The notes under the pieces were generated by a model that saw only the letters and a program-made list of their open reading frames with translations, had not been told where the DNA came from and ran no database searches. This document shows, one piece after another, positions 47,507 to 59,667 of a stretch of DNA of 64,000 nucleotides; positions within the stretch are counted from its first letter, which is position 1, and each line of letters begins with the position of its first letter. A program made the translations under genes and the position numbers. Source of the stretch: Clostridiaceae bacterium UBA6085 (GTDB lineage: Bacteria > Bacillota > Clostridia > Clostridiales > Clostridiaceae); contig DIXH01000025.1 of NCBI GenBank assembly GCA_002428605.1, forward strand, positions 16,598 through 80,597, written 5' to 3'.

Positions 47507-47914
47507 ATGGGCAAGGCTACGATTTACATCATCAACAAGAAACCCGATGAAGAGCCTATAGAGGTTGTTTACAAGGGCTCATATTCAGAAGGCAAGGAGC
47601 ACTCGGTGGTTGAATACGACGAGAGCGACCTGACAGGCATGGAAGGCATCAGAACAAGGATAAACATATATCAGGACCACATGGAGATAGTAAGGACCGG
47701 AAACCTCAATGCAAGGCTGAAATTCAAGGAAGGCTACATTGACAGCATTCTTTATAAGATGCAGTACGGAACCATAGCCATGGAGGTATCAACTGAGAAG
47801 CTTGACATAAGGAAGGTTGAAACCGGATATGACATCCTTGTCCGATATGACCTGGAAGTCAAGGGTGATTACAAGGACAAGAACGACATGTCCATCAGGA
47901 TCGTGAAGAGCTGA
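47507..47914 (+). CDS. DUF1934 (YwiB-like) beta-barrel protein
   Basis: YDESDLTGMEG and YKMQYG; conserved position upstream of pyrG. Confidence 0.8.
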   Translation: MGKATIYIINKKPDEEPIEVVYKGSYSEGKEHSVVEYDESDLTGMEGIRTRINIYQDHMEIVRTGNLNARLKFKEGYIDSILYKMQYGTIAMEVSTEKLDIRKVETGYDILVRYDLEVKGDYKDKNDMSIRIVKS

Positions 47915-48017
47915 AAAAATAAAACCATATAGAAAAAAATAATAGTAGCACACATGGTCAATGTGTGTTACTATTACTATTATTTATTTGATCAAATAAT
48001 ACGCCCATTCTAATTAG

Positions 48018-49679
<1,662 letters not shown>

Positions 49680-49978
49680 GATTTAGGTTCTGGCCCGGAC
49701 AAGATATGCCCGGGTCAGATCAATTTTAGGTTAATTTTACCTGATTAAGTCAATTTACTACTTATTCCAATTTTTTTTCGAATACTGTATAATTAATTTT
49801 TCTTGGCCTATAATAAATAGTAGGGAAAGAAATTGTCCTTAGTACCAGCAAAAATTCAAATCGTAGATTCTATCGATCCGGTATGGATTGTCATTTTAGG
49901 TATCCAATCGTCTATACGTGTTCTCAAGATGGGAATCAAAATAAATTCCGAAGTATAAGAAGTAAAGGAGTGATGTAT

Positions 49979-51463
49979 TTGCAGATTAATCTGGAAGAGC
50001 TGTCTCTCGTCGAATTAAGAGCGATTGCAAAGGAAAAGGGAATAAAGAACATCCAGAAATTCAGGAAGCATGAGCTTATGGATCTGGTAAAGGGTGCGGG
50101 AGTTGCAGCTGATGAAGCAGCATCAGTTGAAGAAGCGGCCATAACAGCAGAAGAGAAACCGTCAGTATTGCCTGCTGACAATGCTGATGGTGGAAAGGAA
50201 ACTGACGCCGCACCAAAAGCTGCGGAGCCTTCTGCAATAGTTGAGATCGCAAAGCCGGCTGCAGAAACCGTAAGAAGGATGCCGGACAGGGACTACGACA
50301 GGCAGGACAATGAGAAGAGGCAGAAGTATTCGAATGAGACTGATGTAGTCGGCGTCCTGGAGATGCTTGAGATGAACAGCTTTGGTTTCCTGAGAGGCGA
50401 GAACTATCTCACAAGCCCCAGTGACGTATATGTCTCCCCGAGCCAGATAAGGAGATTCGACCTGAGGACAGGAGACCAGGTAAGAGGTTATGGAAGAAGC
50501 CCCAGGGAGGGAGAAAAGTTTTCTGCCCTTACCTTCATTGAGAAGATTAACGGAGAGGATCCTGAGAAGGCCGTCAGGCGACCTTTTTTCGACAGGCTGA
50601 CACCAATTTATCCTGAAAAGAAGATCAAGCTTGAAGTTGAAGGTGAAGGCGACCTTACTACAAGGATAATGGATATTCTCAGCCCCATCGGAAAGGGCCA
50701 GAGAGGACTAATTGTCGCGCCGCCAAAAGCCGGCAAGACTACAATAATGAAGAAGATTGCCCAGAACATTGTTGTTAACCATCCTGAGATAAAGCTTATA
50801 GTGCTTCTTATCGACGAACGTCCTGAAGAGGTCACTGACATACAGAGAAGCGTGAACGGAGAGGTCATCTACTCGACATTTGACGAGGAACCGGACCACC
50901 ACACGAAGGTTTCAAGGATGGTCCTTGAGAGGGCAAAGAGGATGGTCGAGCAGAAGCAGGATGTCGTTATCCTTATGGATTCCCTTACAAGGCTTGCAAG
51001 AGCATATAACCTTACTGTGAATCCTTCAGGCAGGACGCTTTCAGGCGGACTTGACCCGGCTGCTCTCATCATGCCGAAAAAGTTCTTCGGTGCAGCAAGG
51101 AACATGGAGGAGGGCGGAAGCCTGACCATACTTGCAACTGCCCTCGTTGAGACTGGTTCCAGGATGGATGACATGATCTTCGAGGAGTTCAAGGGAACAG
51201 GAAACATGGAGGTCCATCTCGACAGGAAGCTGCAGGAGAGAAGGGTTTTCCCGGCAATAGACATATACAAGTCTGGAACCAGGAAGGAGAAGGCTCTTCT
51301 CACAGAGGACGAGTACAACATCTCTCTTGGGCTCAGGCGCCAGATGTACAGGGATAGCAGCGTGGAGAAGGTAACTGAGGACCTTATCAAGCTTCTTTCA
51401 ACTACAAAGAATAACAGGGAGTTTGTCGAGACCATAAAGAAGACAGGCGTATTCGATAAATAG
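49979..51463 (+). CDS. rho: transcription termination factor Rho
   Basis: [34 protein letters not shown] and FKGTGNME; start at TTG 49979 or ATG 49973. Confidence 0.98.
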   Translation: MQINLEELSLVELRAIAKEKGIKNIQKFRKHELMDLVKGAGVAADEAASVEEAAITAEEKPSVLPADNADGGKETDAAPKAAEPSAIVEIAKPAAETVRRMPDRDYDRQDNEKRQKYSNETDVVGVLEMLEMNSFGFLRGENYLTSPSDVYVSPSQIRRFDLRTGDQVRGYGRSPREGEKFSALTFIEKINGEDPEKAVRRPFFDRLTPIYPEKKIKLEVEGEGDLTTRIMDILSPIGKGQRGLIVAPPKAGKTTIMKKIAQNIVVNHPEIKLIVLLIDERPEEVTDIQRSVNGEVIYSTFDEEPDHHTKVSRMVLERAKRMVEQKQDVVILMDSLTRLARAYNLTVNPSGRTLSGGLDPAALIMPKKFFGAARNMEEGGSLTILATALVETGSRMDDMIFEEFKGTGNMEVHLDRKLQERRVFPAIDIYKSGTRKEKALLTEDEYNISLGLRRQMYRDSSVEKVTEDLIKLLSTTKNNREFVETIKKTGVFDK

Positions 51464-51465
51464 AA

Positions 51466-51531
51466 GAAGCCCGCAGCCTTGATGACTGCGGGCTTTGACC
51501 ATACAAAAAAAGGACCCGAAGGTCCTTTTTA
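51466..51531. terminator. two hairpin terminators between convergent rho and rpmE
   Basis: AAGCCCGCAG...CTGCGGGCTTT and AAAAAGGACC-CGAA-GGTCCTTTTT. Confidence 0.75.
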
Positions 51532-51544
51532 GGTTGTGAAAATC

Positions 51545-51757
51545 TTATTCTTCACTCTTGAGGTTGAATTTCTTCTTGAATCTGTCAACCCTACCGCCGA
51601 CATCAACAATCTTCTGCTTTCCAGTGAAGAATGGATGGCACTGGGAGCATATTTCCACCTTCAGCTCGTTCTTTACGGAACCAGTGGTGAAAGTGTTTCC
51701 ACATGCGCACTTAACGACAACTTCAGAGTTGTACTTTGGATGTATGCCTTCTTTCAA
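51545..51757 (-). CDS. rpmE: 50S ribosomal protein L31 (Zn-binding type)
   Basis: [22 protein letters not shown] and GGRVDRF. Confidence 0.97.
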   Translation of the reverse strand: MKEGIHPKYNSEVVVKCACGNTFTTGSVKNELKVEICSQCHPFFTGKQKIVDVGGRVDRFKKKFNLKSEE

Positions 51758-51903
51758 TTTTTTCACACCTTTCAAATACGGCCTTAAACCTTTTTAACTA
51801 TTCAATTTTAGCATTGTCAATTGGTATAGTCAAGAATATTATGGAATAGGTCTGACTCTCATGCTATAATAGATGACGAAATATGGCAGGAGGGGAATTT
51901 TAT

Positions 51904-52521
51904 ATGGGTAAGCTTTATTTCAGGTATGGTGCCATGAATTCCGGAAAATCGACAAGCCTTATGCAAGTCGCCCACAACTACGAGGAAAGAGGCATGAAGG
52001 TAAAGATATTCAAGCCCATGATGGATTCCAAGGGTGGAGAGAAGCTGGTTTCAAGGCTTGGGGTCACACGGAATGCTGATTATGCTGTGAGGATCGATGA
52101 CGACCTCTATGATGTTACTGAGAAGTGGGTACAGGAGGAAGGGAAGATCCACTGCATCCTTGTGGATGAAGTGCAGTTCCTTAAAAAGAATCAAATAGAC
52201 CAGCTGCTGAAAGTGGCGGTCATACTGAACATTCCCGTGATCTGCTACGGACTCAGGACGGATTTTCTGATGAACGGCTTTGAGGGAAGTGAAAGGCTTC
52301 TCCTACTGGCACACAGCATAGAGGAAATGAAGACGATATGCACCTGCGGAAAGAAGGCTCTTCTGAATGGCCGAAAGGTCAACGGCGAGTTTGTGTTCGA
52401 GGGCGAGCAGGTTGCCATAGACATGGGAGGAGAGGTTGAATACCAGTCTCTCTGTCCGGAGTGCTACTTCAAGCTCAGGAAGAAGTACGAGGAAAAGAAA
52501 AGGAAAAAGGAGATCGGATGA
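51904..52521 (+). CDS. tdk: thymidine kinase
   Basis: YGAMNSGKST, DEVQF, YGLRTDF and CTCG. Confidence 0.96.
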   Translation: MGKLYFRYGAMNSGKSTSLMQVAHNYEERGMKVKIFKPMMDSKGGEKLVSRLGVTRNADYAVRIDDDLYDVTEKWVQEEGKIHCILVDEVQFLKKNQIDQLLKVAVILNIPVICYGLRTDFLMNGFEGSERLLLLAHSIEEMKTICTCGKKALLNGRKVNGEFVFEGEQVAIDMGGEVEYQSLCPECYFKLRKKYEEKKRKKEIG

Positions 52522-53417
52522 GAAATGTCACGGTTGGCGGACAAGCCGTCATAGAAGGCGTCATGATGAGGGGCGCAACTGGCATAGCTACAGCAGTAAG
52601 GACACCTGGAGGTGAGATTCTCGTTGAGAGGTCAAGCAAGGTGCCCCTGTCGAAAAAATACAGGTTCTTCAAGCTGCCTGTGGTAAGAGGCGCAGTGGCG
52701 CTTGTGGATTCAATGGCAATCGGAATGGAAAGCCTTAACTTTTCAGCATCTGTATTCGGCCAGGATGAAGAGCCGACAAGGTTCGAAAGATTCCTTAAGG
52801 ACAGGTTCGGAGAAAAGGGTGAGAAGTTCCTGGAGTGGGTCACGGTGGCTGTGAGCCTTGCGATAGGGATATTCATATTTTTCATTGTACCTACGCTTAT
52901 CACAGGACTACTGAAGTCCAGAGGGCTATCGAACCTGGGACTTAATCTCGTTGAAGCGGTCCTAAGGATATCGATATTCATTGGATATATTGTTGGAATA
53001 AGCATGATGAAGGACATATACAGGGTATTCCAATACCACGGTGCAGAGCACAAGGCCATCGCCTGCTATGAGCAGGAGCTGCCGCTTACTGTGGAGAATG
53101 TCAGGTCGTGCACCAGATATCATGAGAGGTGCGGAACGAACTTCATGTTCCTTGTAATGGCAGTAAGTATTTTCATTTTCTCTTTCACCGGCTGGACGAC
53201 ACCGCTGATGAGGATAGGTATGAGGCTGGCTTTGCTTCCTCTGGTTTCAGGGGTCACCTATGAGATAATAAGGTGGCTTGGGAAAGGAAGCGGACCGCTC
53301 CGGGATATCATCGCATATCCTGGTATGATGCTTCAGAGGCTGACGACGAAGGAGCCAACCGACGACATGATCGAGGTCGGGATAAGGGCCCTGATGGAAG
53401 CTGAGGGATTGAACTGA
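52518..53417 (+). CDS. DUF1385 membrane protein
   Basis: GGQAVIEGVMM, FQYHGAEHK, RCGTNF and LTTKEP. Confidence 0.92.
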   Translation: MRNVTVGGQAVIEGVMMRGATGIATAVRTPGGEILVERSSKVPLSKKYRFFKLPVVRGAVALVDSMAIGMESLNFSASVFGQDEEPTRFERFLKDRFGEKGEKFLEWVTVAVSLAIGIFIFFIVPTLITGLLKSRGLSNLGLNLVEAVLRISIFIGYIVGISMMKDIYRVFQYHGAEHKAIACYEQELPLTVENVRSCTRYHERCGTNFMFLVMAVSIFIFSFTGWTTPLMRIGMRLALLPLVSGVTYEIIRWLGKGSGPLRDIIAYPGMMLQRLTTKEPTDDMIEVGIRALMEAEGLN

Positions 53418-53418
53418 T

Positions 53419-54270
53419 ATGGCAACTTTAGGTCAAATGTTATCGTGGGCAGCTAAGGAGATCGAATCCTCAAGTGAGACCCCCATGCTGGATGCGAGGG
53501 TCATCCTCGCCCATGTACTTGGGAAGGATCCGGTCTATGTGATGACTGAGAGAGATGTCGTATTGCCAAGAGCCCATGAATGGGTGTACAGGGATGCGAT
53601 AGAGAGAAGGAAGAAAGGGACTCCGATTGCCTATATAACCGGTATGAAGGAGTTCATGGGGATGGATTTCAGGGTCTCTCTATCAGTTCTTATCCCAAGG
53701 GCGGATACTGAGGTGCTGGTGGAAAAGGCCATAGAAATACTGAAATCAAGGAAAGAAGCGAAGGTGCTCGACCTCTGCTGCGGTTCAGGTGCCATCGGGC
53801 TTTCCATAGCAAAATTCATAGGTGGAGCACATGTGGTGCTTGCAGACATTAGCAAGGAAGCCATAGGTGTATCTAAGGAGAATGCCGTCATGCATGGCCT
53901 TGATGAAAGGGTCGATTTCGTCGTTTCGGACCTGTTTGAAGGAATCAGTGGAAGCTTCGATGTGATAGCTTCAAATCCTCCCTACATTTCCGGAAAGGAC
54001 ATGGAGAAGCTGCCGAAGGACGTGGCGGACTTTGAGCCGCACGGCGCGCTTTACGGAGGCGAAGACGGACTGGACTTCTACAGGAAAATTACGGAGAATG
54101 CGATTTCCCGCCTGAATAGTGGCGGGGTGCTGATATTTGAGATCGGATACGATCAGGGTGATGAGGTCATGGATATAATGAAGAGGAACGGATTCAAAGG
54201 AATACAGCTTTTGAGGGACCTGTCGGGCAGACCGAGGGTTGTTTTCGGCGAGCTGGTTCCGGAAACGTAG
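53419..54270 (+). CDS. prmC: release factor glutamine methyltransferase
   Basis: LIPRADTE, DLCCGSG and SNPPYI. Confidence 0.96.
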   Translation: MATLGQMLSWAAKEIESSSETPMLDARVILAHVLGKDPVYVMTERDVVLPRAHEWVYRDAIERRKKGTPIAYITGMKEFMGMDFRVSLSVLIPRADTEVLVEKAIEILKSRKEAKVLDLCCGSGAIGLSIAKFIGGAHVVLADISKEAIGVSKENAVMHGLDERVDFVVSDLFEGISGSFDVIASNPPYISGKDMEKLPKDVADFEPHGALYGGEDGLDFYRKITENAISRLNSGGVLIFEIGYDQGDEVMDIMKRNGFKGIQLLRDLSGRPRVVFGELVPET

Positions 54271-54321
54271 CTGACCTTTCTTGAACATCTGAAAATAACA
54301 ATATGATAGGAGAGTAAGGAA

Positions 54322-55401
54322 ATGCTTGAAAGATTGAATTTTGTAGAAGGTAAATATGAGGAGCTGACGCTGAGGATTAGCGATCCTTCAGTTATGGCCA
54401 ACCAGACTGAGTGGCAGAGGCTTGTAAAGGAGCACGCGGAGCTCCAGAATGTCGTCACGATGTACAGGGAGTACAAGCATCTGGAGCAGGAGCTCGCAAT
54501 GAACATGGACATGCTCGAGATCGAGGATGACCAGGAGATGCGTGAGATGATCCAGGAAGAGATGAAGAGCAACAGGGAAGGAATGCAGAAGATAGAGAGC
54601 GACCTTCAGATAATGCTGCTTCCGAAGGACCCGAATGACGACAAGAACGTATTCGTTGAGATCAGAGGTGGAGCTGGAGGTGACGAGGCTGCGCTGTTTT
54701 CATACAACCTCTTCAGGATGTACTCAAAATATGCTGAGTCCAAGAGATGGAAGGTAGAGGTGATGAGCCTCAATGAGACCGACATCGGCGGATATAAGGA
54801 AGTGGTTTTCCTGTTAAAGGGCCAGGGAGCATACTCGCAGCTCAAGTATGAATCCGGCGTCCACAGGGTTCAGAGGGTTCCAGACACTGAATCAAGCGGA
54901 AGGGTCCATACCTCAACCGCTACTGTAGCGGTTCTGCCTGAGGTCGATGAAGTTGATGTCCAGATTGACCCCAACGACCTGAGGATCGACGTATACAGGT
55001 CCTCAGGAAACGGAGGACAGTCGGTCAATACTACAGACTCGGCAGTCAGGGTCACGCATATTCCATCAGGATTGGTGGTTGCCGTCCAGGATGAGAAATC
55101 CCAGCTCAAGAACAAGGACAAGGCCATAAGCATACTGAGGTCGAGACTTTTCGAGAGAGCAGAGCAGGAAAGGGCCAAGGGCATAGCTGACGAGAGGAAG
55201 AGCCAGGTCGGAACAGGAGACAGGTCGGAGAGGATAAGGACTTACAACTATCCTCAGGGAAGGGTCACGGACCACAGAATCAACCTGACTCTTTACAAGC
55301 TCGATACCTTCATGAACGGAGATATCGAAGAGATGATAAGCGCGCTGATAAACTATGACCAGGCTGAGAAGCTTAAGGCCATGGGGGACAGGGACAACTG
55401 A
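54322..55401 (+). CDS. prfA: peptide chain release factor 1
   Basis: PDT anticodon loop, GGQ and RTYNYPQGR. Confidence 0.98.
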   Translation: MLERLNFVEGKYEELTLRISDPSVMANQTEWQRLVKEHAELQNVVTMYREYKHLEQELAMNMDMLEIEDDQEMREMIQEEMKSNREGMQKIESDLQIMLLPKDPNDDKNVFVEIRGGAGGDEAALFSYNLFRMYSKYAESKRWKVEVMSLNETDIGGYKEVVFLLKGQGAYSQLKYESGVHRVQRVPDTESSGRVHTSTATVAVLPEVDEVDVQIDPNDLRIDVYRSSGNGGQSVNTTDSAVRVTHIPSGLVVAVQDEKSQLKNKDKAISILRSRLFERAEQERAKGIADERKSQVGTGDRSERIRTYNYPQGRVTDHRINLTLYKLDTFMNGDIEEMISALINYDQAEKLKAMGDRDN

Positions 55402-55426
55402 TTGAGCCCTGTCTGTGGAGATACTT

Positions 55427-56494
55427 ATGGAAACAATTAAGGTCAGGATAACTGAAGACATGGAACCTGCTGAGAGGGAACGCCTTCTTGAGGCTGCGGC
55501 AGAGGTCCTGAGACAAGGCGGCACAGTTGCATTCCCAACAGAGACTGTATATGGGCTAGGGGCAGACGCACTGGACCCGGATGCGGTTGAAGGCATATTC
55601 AGGGCAAAGGGCAGACCTCAGGATAATCCGCTGATCATCCACGTTTCAGACAGGAACCTAGAGGAATATGCTGAGAATGTTCCACTGAAAGCCAGGGAGC
55701 TCATGGACAGATACTGGCCGGGCCCTCTGACTGTGATCCTCATGAAGAAGGACATTGTCCCTGAAAAGACTAGTGCAGGGCTTGCTACCATAGGCATAAG
55801 GATGCCGGACGAGCCGCTGGCCCTTGAAATCATACGAAGGCTCGGAAGGCCGGTTGCCGCACCGTCAGCCAACATATCGGGGCGGCCAAGCCCCACCACC
55901 TATGAGAGATGCATTGAGGACCTTGACGGCAAGGTCGATATGATCATCGGGGGTGGCAGGAGCACAGTAGGCCTGGAGTCAACAATCGTTGATTATACGG
56001 TTGTACCGCCCAGGGTACTGAGGCCTGGCGGAGTAACCCTCGAGATGCTGAATGAGGTGGACCCTTCCATCGAATACATGGAATCCTTCACAAGGGCAGC
56101 CTCAGATGAAGGTCCCAAGGCTCCGGGAATGAAATACAGGCATTATTCACCCAAGGCACCCATAATCATAATAAAGGGTGAAAAGAACAAAGTTGTTGAA
56201 AAAATCAGGATGCTGGTGCAGAATTATATGAGGGAAGGAAAGAAGGCAGGTATACTTGCCCCATCCCAACGGTCATCTGATTATGTCTTCGATGACATAA
56301 GAGCGGTCTTCATAGGAATGGGCAGTGAAGACAAGCCGCACGAAAATGCGAGGCTCCTCTTTGAGGCTCTGAGGTCCTTCGACGACTTGGGATGTGACAT
56401 CATCCTATCTGAAGCTGTAAAGGAAGAAGGACTTGGCGCTGCCGTCATGAACCGGCTTTCAAAGGCTGCGGGATTCAACATTATAGAGGTGTAA
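55427..56494 (+). CDS. sua5: threonylcarbamoyl-AMP synthase (Sua5)
   Basis: FPTETVYGLG, KGRPQDNPLI, APSAN and PGMKYRHY. Confidence 0.96.
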   Translation: METIKVRITEDMEPAERERLLEAAAEVLRQGGTVAFPTETVYGLGADALDPDAVEGIFRAKGRPQDNPLIIHVSDRNLEEYAENVPLKARELMDRYWPGPLTVILMKKDIVPEKTSAGLATIGIRMPDEPLALEIIRRLGRPVAAPSANISGRPSPTTYERCIEDLDGKVDMIIGGGRSTVGLESTIVDYTVVPPRVLRPGGVTLEMLNEVDPSIEYMESFTRAASDEGPKAPGMKYRHYSPKAPIIIIKGEKNKVVEKIRMLVQNYMREGKKAGILAPSQRSSDYVFDDIRAVFIGMGSEDKPHENARLLFEALRSFDDLGCDIILSEAVKEEGLGAAVMNRLSKAAGFNIIEV

Positions 56495-56498
56495 AACC

Positions 56499-56924
56499 AT
56501 GAAAGTACTCTTTGTCTGTACCGGAAACACATGCAGAAGTCCGATGGCAGAGGTGATCTTCAACGAAATGTACAAGGATCACCACGCCGAATCAAGGGGT
56601 CTCCATGCAAGAAATGGAGACAGGATAGAGGCTAATGCGCTCAGCGTGCTGAAAAGGGAGTATGGCTTCGATGAAAAGAGGAAAGCCAAGCAGGTAACCT
56701 TATCGGACATCAATGAGGCAGACCTTGTCATTGCAATGACTGAAGCCCACAAGCGGGAGCTGTCAGATATTTATGGAATGGACAAGGTGAGGACATTGAA
56801 GGAGCTTGCAGGGTCAAGGGGTGACATACTGGATCCCTACGGTATGGACGAATTCGTCTACCGGCGTGTATTCAGCGAAATAAGGGAATTGCTTGAGCAA
56901 ATACGAATATTCAGGGAGGAATGA
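56499..56924 (+). CDS. ywlE: low-molecular-weight protein arginine phosphatase
   Basis: CTGNTCRS and DPYG; synteny with sua5-rpiB. Confidence 0.88.
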   Translation: MKVLFVCTGNTCRSPMAEVIFNEMYKDHHAESRGLHARNGDRIEANALSVLKREYGFDEKRKAKQVTLSDINEADLVIAMTEAHKRELSDIYGMDKVRTLKELAGSRGDILDPYGMDEFVYRRVFSEIRELLEQIRIFREE

Positions 56925-56925
56925 A

Positions 56926-57369
56926 ATGAAGATAGCAATTGGAGCGGACCATGGTGGAGTTAACCTCAAGGCCAAGGTGGCCGACCATTTAAGGTCAAAG
57001 AGCATTGAGGTAGTTGATTTTGGCACATTCAATCAGGATTCCATAGATTATCCTGATGTATCAGAAAAGGTAGGGGTAGCTGTAAGAAACGGTGAATTTG
57101 ATTTCGGAATACTTATTTGCGGAACCGGGATAGGTATCGGCATAGCAGCGAACAAGATCTCTGGCATCAGAGCTGCGCTTTGTCACGACACATTCAGCGC
57201 GACGGCATCCAGACAGCACAATGACGCCAATATCCTCTGCATGGGTGAAAGGGTCATCGGACCGGGACTTGCGCTTGATATAGTCGACGCATTCTTAGCT
57301 GCAGAATTTCTAGGCGGAAGGCATGCGACAAGGGTAGAGAAGATTAACGGACTTGAGGGCAAATATTGA
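56926..57369 (+). CDS. rpiB: ribose-5-phosphate isomerase B
   Basis: GADHGG, DYPD, CGTGIG, HNDAN and GGRH. Confidence 0.96.
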   Translation: MKIAIGADHGGVNLKAKVADHLRSKSIEVVDFGTFNQDSIDYPDVSEKVGVAVRNGEFDFGILICGTGIGIGIAANKISGIRAALCHDTFSATASRQHNDANILCMGERVIGPGLALDIVDAFLAAEFLGGRHATRVEKINGLEGKY

Positions 57370-57386
57370 TTACAAGGGAGATTGAG

Positions 57387-58016
57387 ATGAGCAGAGTAAC
57401 TGAGATAAAACATCCACTGATACTACACAAGCTGGCAATAATAAGGGACAAGAACACAGGATCCAAGGACTTCAGGGAGCTTCTCGAAGAGATAGCTACA
57501 CTTATGGCCTATGAGGTCACCAGGGACATGGCAGTTGAGGACGTACAGGTAGAAACCCCGGTAGCCATGGCAACCTGCAAGATGCTTGCAGGAAAGAAGC
57601 TGGCGATCGTCCCGATACTTAGGGCAGGAATGGGCATGGTGGATGGAATACTTAAGCTTATTCCGGCTGCAAAGGTTGGCCATATAGGCCTCTACAGGAA
57701 CGAGGAGACTCTTCAGCCGGTAGAGTACTTCTGCAAGCTTCCAAAGGATATCGAGGAAAGGGAAGTTATTGTTGTCGACCCTATGCTTGCAACAGGCGGT
57801 TCGGCAGCTGATGCCATTACACTGCTCAAGAAGAGAGGCGCAACCAACATCAAGTTCGTCGGACTTGTAGCGGCACCTGAAGGAGTTGCTCATCTTACGA
57901 GTGTACATCCTGATGTGGACATATTCGTCGCAGCCATAGACGAGAAGCTTAATGAGAAGGGCTATATCGTCCCTGGTCTAGGTGATGCAGGAGACAGGCT
58001 TTTCGGAACAAAATAG
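57387..58016 (+). CDS. upp: uracil phosphoribosyltransferase
   Basis: [15 protein letters not shown] and [14 protein letters not shown]. Confidence 0.98.
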   Translation: MSRVTEIKHPLILHKLAIIRDKNTGSKDFRELLEEIATLMAYEVTRDMAVEDVQVETPVAMATCKMLAGKKLAIVPILRAGMGMVDGILKLIPAAKVGHIGLYRNEETLQPVEYFCKLPKDIEEREVIVVDPMLATGGSAADAITLLKKRGATNIKFVGLVAAPEGVAHLTSVHPDVDIFVAAIDEKLNEKGYIVPGLGDAGDRLFGTK

Positions 58017-58066
58017 CACAAAGGATATACACTTCAAGGAGTGTATATTTTTTTAAAGGAGAAAAT

Positions 58067-59209
58067 ATGATCAGAGTCATGAGCGTGTTCGGGACCAGGC
58101 CTGAAGCCATCAAGATGGCTCCTCTGCTGCTTGAGATGAAGAAACGCAGGGAATTTGAATCCATAGTTGCGCTCACTGGACAACACAGGGAGCTATTGAA
58201 GAATGTCCTCAGCGATTTCAATATCGGATGGGATTTCGATCTGGACCTTATGCAGGGATCCCAGACACTGGCCCACATCACAACCTCAGTCCTTGAGGGG
58301 ATGTCCGGGATAATCTCAAGTGTGAAGCCGGATATCGTTCTCGTCCACGGAGACACTACCACAAGCTTCGCGGGGGCGCTCGCAGCATTCTATGAGAAGA
58401 CACCGGTCGGGCATGTTGAGGCGGGTCTCAGGACCCATGACAAGTATGCCCCGTATCCCGAGGAGATGAACAGGACACTTACATCGAAGCTCGCTGACCT
58501 GCACTTCGCTCCAACAGACGGTGCGGAAGATAACCTGCTCAAGGAAGGGATTCCAATATCCGGAATATTCGTCACAGGCAATACTGTAATTGATGCCCTT
58601 AAGACCACAGTCAGCAGTGATTACAGGTTTGAAGACGAGTTGCTTAAGAAGGTGGATCTCGCAAAGGACATCATAATGGTGACGGCGCACAGGAGAGAGA
58701 ACCTTGAACATGGTATCCATGACATCTCGATGGCACTCAAGGTCCTTGCTGAAAGGAAGGATGTTGAGATCGTGTATCTTGTGCATCCGAATCCAAAGAT
58801 CAGACAGGAAGCAGAGAAGGTGCTCAAGGGAACGGAGAGGGTGCATCTTCTGGGTGCACTTGGAACCCGGGAGACGCACAATCTTATGGCAAGGTCCAAG
58901 CTTATACTCACAGACTCGGGAGGCATTCAGGAAGAAGCACCATATCTCGGAAAACCTGTGCTTGTCTTAAGGGATGTCACAGAGAGGCCTGAGGCTGTTG
59001 AAGCGGGAGTTGTGAGGCTTGTGGGCACTGACACCCAGAGGATCATAAAAGAAGCCACAAGGCTTCTGGACGACCAGAAGGCCTATGCTGAAATGGCGAA
59101 GGGCGGAAGCCCTTATGGTGACGGAAGGGCATCCGGAAGGATACTTGATGCGATTTTGACTTATTTCGGAATTGAAACTTCCTTCGAAAGATTTACCTGT
59201 GAAAAGTGA
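58067..59209 (+). CDS. wecB: UDP-N-acetylglucosamine 2-epimerase (non-hydrolysing)
   Basis: FGTRPEAIKMAP, HGDT, HVEAGLR, TDSGGIQEEAP and PYGDG. Confidence 0.97.
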   Translation: MIRVMSVFGTRPEAIKMAPLLLEMKKRREFESIVALTGQHRELLKNVLSDFNIGWDFDLDLMQGSQTLAHITTSVLEGMSGIISSVKPDIVLVHGDTTTSFAGALAAFYEKTPVGHVEAGLRTHDKYAPYPEEMNRTLTSKLADLHFAPTDGAEDNLLKEGIPISGIFVTGNTVIDALKTTVSSDYRFEDELLKKVDLAKDIIMVTAHRRENLEHGIHDISMALKVLAERKDVEIVYLVHPNPKIRQEAEKVLKGTERVHLLGALGTRETHNLMARSKLILTDSGGIQEEAPYLGKPVLVLRDVTERPEAVEAGVVRLVGTDTQRIIKEATRLLDDQKAYAEMAKGGSPYGDGRASGRILDAILTYFGIETSFERFTCEK

Positions 59210-59280
59210 AGAGCATCAAGGAATTACGGCGGTCTGAGCCGAAACTTCCGCTTGTTTGCGCTGTTTTGTTCATTTTTTGC

Positions 59281-59309
59281 TTGAAATCTTTATAAAAGCA
59301 AAGTATACT
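59281..59309 (+). promoter_or_regulatory. sigma-A promoter of tRNA-Tyr copy 1
   Basis: TTGAAA-N17-TATACT. Confidence 0.65.
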
Positions 59310-59342
59310 AATACTTGTCGGTTCTGAAGGACCGGCAAACAG

Positions 59343-59427
59343 GGAGGAGTTCCCGAGTGGCCAAAGGGGGCAGACTGTAAATCTGTTGCTTTCAGCTTCA
59401 GTGGTTCGAATCCACTCTCCTCCACCA
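59343..59427 (+). tRNA. tRNA-Tyr(GTA), copy 1
   Basis: 85 nt; GGAGGAG/CTCCTCC acceptor stem, anticodon loop CTGTAAA, long variable arm, GGTTCGAATCC, encoded CCA. Confidence 0.98.
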
Positions 59428-59449
59428 TAGCGTCAACTGCAGTTGACAA

Positions 59450-59480
59450 GAAGACCACCTCGTTTCGGGGTGGTCTTTTG
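59450..59480 (+). terminator. tRNA terminator, copy 1
   Basis: AAGACCACCTCG-TTT-CGGGGTGGTCTTTT. Confidence 0.8.
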
Positions 59481-59667
59481 TTATATAAAATTGTAAAAAC
59501 GCTTGTTATCCTTTGACACTTCAGGGAGGAAAAAGCTCCGTAGAACGGCATGGACAGCCGCTTCCGGAGCTTTTGAAATTTGCTGGAAATTGCGTAATGT
59601 GAGTCAATGCTGCGTAATGTCTTCAATCTCTCATTATGCCCATGAGGAGCTCTATTCTCATAGGCAG

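Noticed and set aside
50090..50340. Rho N-terminal insertion as a prion-like domain
   Set aside because: It is short and Ala/Glu/Pro-rich rather than Asn/Gln-rich, and such insertions are common in Rho
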